NCBI RefSeq assembly: GCF_000008465.1
Contig: NC_006512.1
Span: forward strand, 120,001-152,000
Origin: Idiomarina loihiensis L2TR
GTDB lineage: Bacteria; Pseudomonadota; Gammaproteobacteria; Enterobacterales; Alteromonadaceae
DNA: 32,000 nucleotides
Reading direction: 5' to 3'
The position numbers and the translations under genes were made by a program. Positions 8,287 through 15,660 of this stretch are shown here, in pieces; the stretch's first letter is position 1, and each line of letters begins with the position of its first letter. The notes under the pieces are model-generated. The model was not told where the DNA came from. It was given only the letters and a program-made list of their open reading frames with translations, and searched no databases.

Positions 8287-10269
8287 ATGAAGTGTTTATT
8301 AAGTACGATGTTACTTGCGCTGCTGTTTATGGCAGCGCAAGTCAAAGCTGACAATAAAGAGGTTCCGGCAGTTGCTTTTATGCCGGACATTCACTTTCAC
8401 GATGTTTATGCCGACTTTAACGACGGTTCGTTCAAAGGCTTGCCGAACTCTCGTAGTAAGGATCACGCGACTATCCGCACTATGCAGGCTCAACTGCATT
8501 CTACCCGTCTGTTTAACGAAAACTACTTCGCACTGCTTGCCGCGCTAGATGATGCGGCAGCCAGAGGGATTAAACTCATTGCGCTTCCCGGCGACTTCAG
8601 CGATGACGGACAACAGGTGCACTTGCGCGGGCTGCAGAAAATACTCAAGCATTATCAGCAGAAGTACGATATGCGATTTTTTGCGGCACCGGGAAACCAT
8701 GACCCGGTTCGTCCTTTCAGTCGTCCCGCCGGTAAACCGGATTATTTGGGCACAGACGGCCACCGACAGCGAATATTCAGCAAAGGTGCCGCAGAATGTA
8801 CCGGGTATAAAGGCAAGCAGGCGGTTATTAAAACCGAAAACCCGCTGCCGACCATTTGCACAGAAGAAGTGCAGGAACTCGGGTATAAAGGTGTTTTATC
8901 GATATTGGGCGAGCACGGATTTTCGCCGCAGCCGGAATATATCTACTGGGAAACGCCGTTTAGCGGTTACAGCTACGAAGATTATGACTTAGCTAAGGGA
9001 AAAGCCAGCGCTGAACTCACTGCAAGACAATACGAAATTTGCAGCAACGGCAGCGGTGGCGAATTTAAGGCTGAAAACGCGGTTAACTGCGGGGAAATTA
9101 CCGATGCCAGTTATCTGGTGGAGCCGGTTGAGGGTTTGTGGTTACTGGCCATAGACGCCAATGTTTATATTCCTAAAGCGCAGACAGGCAAGAAGTCGTT
9201 ATCGGCTAATGACTTTCATGGCTCCGGTAACGCTGGCTATAACAAAGTGTTGACGCATAAAAAGCATTTAATGGGCTGGATAAAGGATATTGTAAAGCAA
9301 GCCGACGAGCGGGGAAAAACGCTGTTAGCTTTTAGCCATTTTCCTATGACAGAGTTTTATGACGGACAGTCTGACACGATATCTGAATTATTCGGTGAGG
9401 CGACGTTTCAACTGGCGAGGCGGCCAGATGACTCTGTTAGTAAACTGCTAGCCGAAACCGGGCTCAAAGTACACGTGGGCGGTCATATGCATATGAACGA
9501 CACCGGCGTTACCCGCAGCGGCGAACAGTTTTTAGTGAATATACAAGCACCGTCACTTGCGGCTTATGTGCCTGCGTATAAAGTTTTAAGGCCTGGTAAG
9601 TCGGGCTCGCTAGCAGTTGAAACCATTGTTATTAAAGAGGTTCCGCGTTTTAACGAACTGTTTGAGCACTATAGAGAAGAGTACCAGCAGCTGCTGTCGA
9701 CAGAGGCGGATAAACTCTGGGACAAAGAGGTTTTAACGGCAAAAAATTATCAGGAATTTACCAGTTGGCATATTCGCGAATTGACCCGCCAGCGTTTTCT
9801 TCCTGACGACTGGCCGGCTGATTTACGTGACTGGGTGTTTTCTCTAAACGGCGAGCAACTGTTGTCATTATCGCAGCTGACAGAGCAGAGATCCTGGCCG
9901 GAGGCTAAAGCAGCAGGCGAGTCTTTAGCTCGCTCTAAAGGCTTCAAACCGTCAGACTTTTCGCAGTGGACGGGCTTTGAATTTGCGGTCGATTTCTACC
10001 GCATTCGTAATGCTGGCCGGTTAGCACTCAAGGATATTTCGAAGTCCCGTTTGCGTCAGTATCAGTTACTTGCCGTTAGCCTAAGCGAGCTCGCGAAAAA
10101 GGTTAAGGCGCCTGAACAAGTGGTTCAGGAAACCGAGAGTAAACACCAGTTGGCGGCTGCTCTGGCGCATCGTTTCGGACCGGTGCTGGATATTTTCCTT
10201 GCGCTGCAAGAAGGTGAGCCTGACGATAATTTCATTATAGACTGGCAATCGGGTGAGCTTAGCCGTTAA
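8287..10269 (+). CDS. Secreted calcineurin-like metallophosphoesterase (660 aa) with intact catalytic motifs
   Basis: Signal peptide MKCLLSTMLLALLFMAAQVKA. All five metallophosphoesterase motifs are canonical: PDIHFHD, LPGDFSDDG, APGNHDP, AFSHFP and GGHMHMN. Four Cys lie in the insert between motifs III and IV, consistent with periplasmic disulfides. It starts 4 nt after the receptor stop. Confidence 0.8.
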   Translation: MKCLLSTMLLALLFMAAQVKADNKEVPAVAFMPDIHFHDVYADFNDGSFKGLPNSRSKDHATIRTMQAQLHSTRLFNENYFALLAALDDAAARGIKLIALPGDFSDDGQQVHLRGLQKILKHYQQKYDMRFFAAPGNHDPVRPFSRPAGKPDYLGTDGHRQRIFSKGAAECTGYKGKQAVIKTENPLPTICTEEVQELGYKGVLSILGEHGFSPQPEYIYWETPFSGYSYEDYDLAKGKASAELTARQYEICSNGSGGEFKAENAVNCGEITDASYLVEPVEGLWLLAIDANVYIPKAQTGKKSLSANDFHGSGNAGYNKVLTHKKHLMGWIKDIVKQADERGKTLLAFSHFPMTEFYDGQSDTISELFGEATFQLARRPDDSVSKLLAETGLKVHVGGHMHMNDTGVTRSGEQFLVNIQAPSLAAYVPAYKVLRPGKSGSLAVETIVIKEVPRFNELFEHYREEYQQLLSTEADKLWDKEVLTAKNYQEFTSWHIRELTRQRFLPDDWPADLRDWVFSLNGEQLLSLSQLTEQRSWPEAKAAGESLARSKGFKPSDFSQWTGFEFAVDFYRIRNAGRLALKDISKSRLRQYQLLAVSLSELAKKVKAPEQVVQETESKHQLAAALAHRFGPVLDIFLALQEGEPDDNFIIDWQSGELSR

Positions 10270-10285
10270 GTTAATGTAAGGGTTT

Positions 10286-10314
10286 TTGACATCCCCTCCC
10301 CACAACTCCATAAT
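10286..10314 (+). promoter_or_regulatory. Near-consensus sigma70 promoter, TTGACA-N17-CATAAT
   Basis: TTGACA at 10286-10291, an exact 17-nt spacer, then CATAAT at 10309-10314. It lies about 40 nt upstream of ATG 10355, in the 85-bp gap after the phosphoesterase stop. Confidence 0.5.
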
Positions 10315-10340
10315 CCTTAATCTTTAGGCTTTGTGGGGAG
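10296..10340. repeat. Perfect 10-bp inverted repeat CTCCCCACAA-N25-TTGTGGGGAG bracketing the -10 element
   Basis: Left arm 10296-10305, right arm 10331-10340. The arms are exact reverse complements and cannot be extended on either side. Confidence 0.9.
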
Positions 10341-10354
10341 TAAACGGCAGCAAG

Positions 10355-11419
10355 ATGGCAGCTTCAGCGGAAGAAGAAAAACAATACAAAGCCTCGTGGA
10401 AACGCTTAACGCTATTTAGTGTGTTATTTGTTTTACTCACGGCTGCCGGGTTTTACGCCATTTATGACCACTTTTCCGGTCGCAGCCTAACCTTCGATTT
10501 TCGTTTGTTTGCCCCTGAAGTTTTAAGTGCCGCAGTCTTGCTGTTACTGGTTTACTTCGCCGCCGACGGTTTGCGGCTTTACTACACTTTGCGCGCTCTG
10601 GGTTACCGTATTCCTAAAAAAGCCATGGCTAAACTGGTATTTATTAATATCTTTTTCTCCAATATTACCCCTATGGCCACTGGTGGCGGTTTCGCGCAGG
10701 TTTGGTTCTTACACGAGCACGGCGTGCCTATTGGGCGGGCGACCGCTGCCACTACTATTCGTACGGTGTTGGCTATTTTCTTTATTTTTTCGCTGACGCC
10801 GGTGTTCTTGCTGGTGCTGGAGCCACTGCAGAACAAAGCTATTATTGGTGAAATTGGTACGGCTCTTGCCGTTTTCATTGTGCTTTATCTGCTCTTCTTC
10901 GCGGTGGTTTTGTTGCGGGCACATTGGTTAATTGGGCCGCTAAGCTATTTATGTAAAGCGGTGCATAAGCTGCAACTGATTAGTCCTGAGCGTCATCTGC
11001 GCTGGCAATACAAAACTCGCCGCGAAATGCTGCGTTTCTCCCGGAGTTTTTCGGAGTATTGTCGCGGCTCTAAAGTGGCTATTGCGCTGTCGGTATTGTC
11101 CACCGTCGTTTTTCTGCTCAGCTTATTCAGTTTTCCCGCGCTGCTAATGTGGGGTTTAGGATACGACGTTGATTACCTCGTCAGCCTGGGACTGCTGGTG
11201 GTTACCACCTTTATCATGTATTTCGCGCCAACGCCCGGTGCTTCTGGAATTTCCGAAGGTGTGTTTGGTAGCTTTTTTAATGACATTTTAGCCAATAACC
11301 ATTTACTGTTAGTCACCTTTAGCTGGCGCTTTTTAACCATTTATCTTGGTATGTTATTGGGACTCTTTATTTTACAGCGCTACTTAGTTCAGTCGGCTAA
11401 AGTGCAGGGCATACAATGA
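10355..11419 (+). CDS. UPF0104 / LPG_synthase_TM-type (MprF flippase-domain-like) polytopic membrane protein
   Basis: ORF 10331..11419; ATG 10355 is preferred because TTG 10331 lies inside the inverted-repeat arm. It has about 8 hydrophobic segments. The family-like core is LRLYYTLRALGYRI...FFSNITPMATGGGFAQVWFL...GRATAATTIRT. Its stop overlaps the next start (ATGA at 11416). Confidence 0.6.
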   Translation: MAASAEEEKQYKASWKRLTLFSVLFVLLTAAGFYAIYDHFSGRSLTFDFRLFAPEVLSAAVLLLLVYFAADGLRLYYTLRALGYRIPKKAMAKLVFINIFFSNITPMATGGGFAQVWFLHEHGVPIGRATAATTIRTVLAIFFIFSLTPVFLLVLEPLQNKAIIGEIGTALAVFIVLYLLFFAVVLLRAHWLIGPLSYLCKAVHKLQLISPERHLRWQYKTRREMLRFSRSFSEYCRGSKVAIALSVLSTVVFLLSLFSFPALLMWGLGYDVDYLVSLGLLVVTTFIMYFAPTPGASGISEGVFGSFFNDILANNHLLLVTFSWRFLTIYLGMLLGLFILQRYLVQSAKVQGIQ

Positions 11420-13635
11420 ATAAAACCAAGTTACTGAAAGTCCTGTTTTACCTCAACATTGCGGTTGTGGTTGGGCTTATTGGCTATAAAATTTATTTGA
11501 ACCTGGTGACTTCTGAATTTGAGGCGGAGCATACCGAACAGCTCTCAGACATTAGTGCCCGGCTGGAAGGACAGGACAGTTACAGCTTTGCTGTCGTGGG
11601 TAATATCAATAATTCGGTTGGTATTTTCGAGCGTCGCATTATTCCTATGTTGAACGACACCGACATTGATTTTTTAGTGTCTGCGGGGAATGCTGTGAGC
11701 AGTGGAGGAGAAGACAAATACCGGGCAATAAAAGGTACTCTGTCGCGGCTGGATATGCCGTATTTACTGACCTTCGGTAACAATGAGTATGAAGAGTTTG
11801 GCAGCTTCCGCTTTTATGACCATTACGGTCCGCATTTTTTCAGTTTTACTGCCGATGACAGCCGCTTTATTTTCTTAGACAGCACGGGAAAAACGCCATG
11901 GCAATGGCAGCTTCGCTGGTTAACCGATATTCTTAAAGCCGACGATTCAAAGCATCGCTTTGTTTTTATTGGTCACCCACCTTTAGAGCCTGAAGAAGAG
12001 TTTTTTTTAGCCCAGGAGGACGATTTCCTGCAACCCATGGAGTTCCGTCATGCGTTACTGCAGACAATAAGCAACTTCGGTGTTGATCGCGTCTTTTCAT
12101 CCAATATCTCTATTTACTCAGAGCGTGAGCACAACGGTATTCCCTATATCACTACCGGTGGTGCGGGTGGTCTGGTACTGAATCAGGATGAAAGCTTTTA
12201 TCATTATGTGAAAGTAACAGTGAATGCCGATGGCTCGGTTGAGCACTCTGTTGAAGAGCTGGAAATTGGTCAGCACCCCATTCTGAAACAGCTGGAAAGC
12301 CTGTGGTTCTTTATTCATTCGTTATTTTACGTGGGCTACCTGAATTTTATTCTGCTGGTGAGCCTGTTTTTGGTTATTAGTACCAAATTGTACAACGCGG
12401 TATTCGTCGGTAAAGATTACTACCCGGACTACGATATTGACCCGCAGCCCTGGTTCAAAAAGCCGTTGCGCGTGGCCATGTTCACGAATAACTATCTGCC
12501 TTTTATCGGTGGTGTGCCAATTTCTATCGAGCGCCTGCGTCTGGGATTAGTTAAGCTCAAAGATAAGGTATTGGTTGTTGCGCCGCGCTATCAGCAAAGT
12601 AGTGAAAAAGAAGAGCATGTGGTGCGTATGCCGTCGCTGTTTTCTTTTGGTGAAAAGAGTGAGTTTCAGTTTGCCAATATTTTCTCCGGTGCCGTGCGTA
12701 AAAAGGTTAAAGCCTTTAAACCGGATATTATTCACGTTCACCATCCGTTCTGGATAGGTTCGCTTGGGGTCTTTATTGCGCGTCGCCTGAAAGTGCCAGT
12801 GGTTTATACTTATCACACGCGGCTAGAACATTATGCGCACTTTGTGTTTTTACCCGGTTCGTTGTTCCGCAATATTATTGCGCACTTTTTGGTGCGTCGC
12901 TTTGCCAACAAATGCGATGGCGTAATTGTGCCGACGCAATCGACGGAAGAATACCTGCGTATGATAGGGGTTAAGAAGCCGACCTTTGTACAGCCAACAG
13001 GTATTGAGTTTGAGCGTTTCCAGCAAGTTGACGACAAGCAAATAGAGGAGCTGCGCCAGCAACAAAAGCTAGGGGATGAAACGGTATTTGTTAGTGTGTC
13101 CCGGTTGTCGAATGAGAAAAATATCGACTTTATGATAGAGGCGGTGGCGCAACTGAAAGATCAAACCGATAAGCCGTTCCGCTTGCTGATTGTGGGCGAC
13201 GGTCATCAACGCCACCGGTTACAGGAACGCATCGATAACATGAAACTGCAGCAGTACATTACTCTGGTAGGCTCAGTTCCGCCTGAGCAAATGGCCGCCT
13301 GGTATCAGCTAGGAGACGCTTTCCTATTTGCCTCGCAGTCAGAAACTCAGGGCATGGTCATTCTGGAAGCTATGGCTGCGGGCTTACCCGTGGTTGCGGT
13401 GCGCTCTAGCGGTATCGACGATGTTGTTGAAGACGGGCATAACGGTTTTAAGACACCGGCTAAGCAGGCTTTATGGTGTGAGCGGGTGAAACAGTTACTG
13501 GATGACGAGGCGTTACGCCAGAGCCTGGCAGAAAATGCTCTGGCTTTTGCCCGTGATTATTCGGTGGAAAAATTCAGTGATGACGTACGCCATATTTACG
13601 CGGAAACTCTGGCTCGGTATCACGAGAAAAAATAG
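11416..13635 (+). CDS. Bitopic fusion protein: N-terminal TM helix, degenerate metallophosphoesterase-like domain, TM segment, C-terminal GT4 (group 1) glycosyltransferase
   Basis: TM1 spans about residues 9-30 (preceded by K3, K5, K8). Residues about 55-275 align motif-for-motif with calcineurin-like phosphoesterases, but the ligands are changed: VVGNINN (DxH expected), SAGNAVSSGG (GDxxD), FGNNEYE (GNH[DE]), FIGHPP (His kept) and FSSNISIY (GHxH). A hydrophobic segment follows at about 296-322 (LWFFIHSLFYVGYLNFILLVSLFLVIS). The GT4 domain starts at about residue 350 (LRVAMFTNNYLPFIGGVP) and has the EX7E motif ETQGMVILE followed by AMAAGLPVVA. Confidence 0.8.
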   Translation: MNKTKLLKVLFYLNIAVVVGLIGYKIYLNLVTSEFEAEHTEQLSDISARLEGQDSYSFAVVGNINNSVGIFERRIIPMLNDTDIDFLVSAGNAVSSGGEDKYRAIKGTLSRLDMPYLLTFGNNEYEEFGSFRFYDHYGPHFFSFTADDSRFIFLDSTGKTPWQWQLRWLTDILKADDSKHRFVFIGHPPLEPEEEFFLAQEDDFLQPMEFRHALLQTISNFGVDRVFSSNISIYSEREHNGIPYITTGGAGGLVLNQDESFYHYVKVTVNADGSVEHSVEELEIGQHPILKQLESLWFFIHSLFYVGYLNFILLVSLFLVISTKLYNAVFVGKDYYPDYDIDPQPWFKKPLRVAMFTNNYLPFIGGVPISIERLRLGLVKLKDKVLVVAPRYQQSSEKEEHVVRMPSLFSFGEKSEFQFANIFSGAVRKKVKAFKPDIIHVHHPFWIGSLGVFIARRLKVPVVYTYHTRLEHYAHFVFLPGSLFRNIIAHFLVRRFANKCDGVIVPTQSTEEYLRMIGVKKPTFVQPTGIEFERFQQVDDKQIEELRQQQKLGDETVFVSVSRLSNEKNIDFMIEAVAQLKDQTDKPFRLLIVGDGHQRHRLQERIDNMKLQQYITLVGSVPPEQMAAWYQLGDAFLFASQSETQGMVILEAMAAGLPVVAVRSSGIDDVVEDGHNGFKTPAKQALWCERVKQLLDDEALRQSLAENALAFARDYSVEKFSDDVRHIYAETLARYHEKK

Positions 13636-13652
13636 CGCTGCAGCTAGCGCTA
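13633..13652 (-). terminator. Possible intrinsic terminator hairpin between convergent genes
   Basis: TAGCGCT-gcagct-AGCGCTA forms a 7-bp stem with a 6-nt loop. On the minus strand it is followed by TTTTTTCTC. It overlaps both stop codons (TAG 13633-13635 plus strand, CTA 13650-13652 minus strand). The stem is short, so the call is weak. Confidence 0.35.
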
Positions 13653-14105
13653 CAAAATGTGGTTACCAAAGACCAGTAATTGGCAGACGATGACAATGGT
13701 CGTTAATAACACCCGTATACGGTAGTAGCCCATATAAGCTGTCATAGCCGAACTGCGAGCCAGCTTTTGTTCAAAGTACAGAACCAAGGCAAAGCCCACC
13801 ATCTGCATACCTAATGACCAGGCCGGTGCGTTAATTAAAATTGTGAACCAGGCCGCTAAAGCGAAAACATTGCTTAATAACAGTAAACCTGTGGTTTTTT
13901 CGCTTTCCGCGCGGTGCAGTGCCCGGCCCCATAGAGTACCGCCCAGAAAACTGAGAATAACAGCGCCGTAAGTAATTAAAAACTCTAAAGGTGAAATTCC
14001 CCACCAGGTTCCGGTATGCATTAAAGCCGCAAGCGACGATGCCAGAAAGGGAATAAGCCCTAAAAAGCCCAGAGTATAAATTAGCCAGTTTTTACCTTTG
14101 TTCAT
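13650..14105 (-). CDS. DUF3429-like small integral membrane protein
   Basis: ORF 13650..14120 (GTG); ATG at 14105 gives MNKGKNWLIYTLGFLGLIPF. It has about 4-5 TM segments. The segment YGAVILSFLGGTLWG matches my memory of the DUF3429 signature. Confidence 0.55.
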   Translation of the reverse strand: MNKGKNWLIYTLGFLGLIPFLASSLAALMHTGTWWGISPLEFLITYGAVILSFLGGTLWGRALHRAESEKTTGLLLLSNVFALAAWFTILINAPAWSLGMQMVGFALVLYFEQKLARSSAMTAYMGYYRIRVLLTTIVIVCQLLVFGNHIL

Positions 14106-14222
14106 AAAAAATGAGTCCACCAGAAGTCAGTTATTATTATTTTACGGTCATTGTTCAATTTACGTTTAGTCCAATTCTAAATGACTTATGTAATGAATAC
14201 TAAACAACAACTCGTATTCATT

Positions 14223-15542
14223 ATGGCAGATTATCGGTTAGGCCTATTTGTATTTCGGAATGATCTCAGGGTTGAAGACAACCTGGCGCTTTATGAGGCC
14301 GCGCAGCGCAGTGAAACACTTATCTGCTGCTTTTGTTTTAATCCGACACAGAATAAGTACGGTCATTATGGTATTCCGGCAATGGGTAAACATCGTTTTA
14401 CCTTTTTGCAGCAGAGCTTAAAGCAACTGCGAACCGAGCTGGAAATGCGTGGACAAAAACTTATTGTTTTGACTGGGACATTTGACCGAATTTTAACCGA
14501 ACTCATTTCCGAACGTCAGGTGGATGCGATATTCCTGAGCCAGCATCAGGGTTACTATGAACGGCTTCAACTGGGTTTGCTGCAGCAACGGTTTCCGTTT
14601 CTGCCTTTTCATGAAACACCAAACAACACCTTGTTTTCAGAGCAGGAACTGCCGTTTGAGCTAGCGGACTTGCCGGAAACCTTTTCTCAGTTTCGGAAAA
14701 AAGTAGAGCCGTTGAGCCGTAACTTTTCGGTGCAGCCGGTAAACGCTTTGCCTTCATTACCGAAGAACATCAGTTATCCGGGGTTCAAGGCTGAAACTCT
14801 GAATGAATTGGCGTCAGATGACTTTGAAGGTGGAGAAAGAGCCGCCTTAACGCATTTAACAAGCTACTTCTCCGGTGAGTCAGCAGGCACTTATAAACAA
14901 ACACGAAATGCCTTAGACGACTTTTCGAGTTCGACTAAGTTTTCGCCCTGGCTTGCGCAGGGTTGTCTTTCTGTCCGGCAAATAATGGCGGCGTTAAGGG
15001 CGTATGAAACAGAGTTTGGTGAGAATGAATCCAGCTACTGGATAAGTTTTGAATTATTGTGGCGCGAGTACTTCTTCTGGTACGCACTGAAGCACGGGAA
15101 ACGCCTGTTCGCTTTTTCCGGCCTCTCCGGTAAGTCACCCAAAACCAGCTTTTATTCTGAAAGGTTTCAGAAATGGTGCTCTGGCAATACGCCGTATCCT
15201 ATAGTTAACGCCTGCATGAAGCAGTTGAATGCCACCGGTTATATGTCGAACCGGGGGCGCCAACTGGTTGCCAGTTGTTTTGTGCACGAGCTGAGTCTGG
15301 ACTGGCGCTACGGCGCTGCCTATTTTGAACAGCAGCTGATTGATTACGATGTTTCCTCCAACTGGGGAAACTGGCAGTATCTTGCGGGTGTGGGAGCCGA
15401 CCCCAGAGGGCATCGTCAGTTTAACCTGGAAAAGCAGACCGAACGCTACGACCCGGATAATGAGTTTATTGAGCGCTGGGCCGGCGACTTGTCCGGGCAG
15501 CCCATAGACAGCGTTGATGCCGCAGACTGGCCGGTGCGGTGA
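14223..15542 (+). CDS. DASH-family cryptochrome (photolyase/cryptochrome superfamily)
   Basis: ORF 14181..15542. ATG 14223 gives MADYRLGLFVFRNDLRVEDN, the usual photolyase N-terminus. The FAD-binding C-terminal motifs are TGYMSNRGRQLVASCF and DWRYGAAYFEQQLIDYDVSSNWGNWQY. Confidence 0.85.
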   Translation: MADYRLGLFVFRNDLRVEDNLALYEAAQRSETLICCFCFNPTQNKYGHYGIPAMGKHRFTFLQQSLKQLRTELEMRGQKLIVLTGTFDRILTELISERQVDAIFLSQHQGYYERLQLGLLQQRFPFLPFHETPNNTLFSEQELPFELADLPETFSQFRKKVEPLSRNFSVQPVNALPSLPKNISYPGFKAETLNELASDDFEGGERAALTHLTSYFSGESAGTYKQTRNALDDFSSSTKFSPWLAQGCLSVRQIMAALRAYETEFGENESSYWISFELLWREYFFWYALKHGKRLFAFSGLSGKSPKTSFYSERFQKWCSGNTPYPIVNACMKQLNATGYMSNRGRQLVASCFVHELSLDWRYGAAYFEQQLIDYDVSSNWGNWQYLAGVGADPRGHRQFNLEKQTERYDPDNEFIERWAGDLSGQPIDSVDAADWPVR

Positions 15543-15660
15543 AAATAACTAAAAGCCGTTGAGGCTGGCGCATGAGTTTAAGTTGCCTTAGGGAAAGTCA
15601 GCCGATACTATTTCGCCCCTTTGATTTATAACGGCGCTACGGTTTTTGGGCACACCACCT

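Noticed and set aside
8311-10311. Alternative-frame and antisense ORFs within the secreted phosphoesterase gene (for example 8549..8992 +, 8545..8763 -, 9750..9947 -, 10081..10311 -)
   Set aside because: They are embedded in a gene that has all five metallophosphoesterase motifs in the annotated frame. None shows a motif or a plausible start context.
10296-10340. Inverted repeat read as a rho-independent terminator for the phosphoesterase gene
   Set aside because: The 25-nt loop is long, no T-tract follows (TAAACGGCAG), and the left arm sits in the spacer of a near-consensus promoter. An operator-like role seems more plausible.
11578-12240. Calling the N-terminal domain of the fusion an active PlcP-type phospholipase C
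   Set aside because: Six of the seven canonical metal-ligand positions are Asn or Ser instead of Asp or His, so catalytic activity cannot be assumed. It is reported as a degenerate domain instead.
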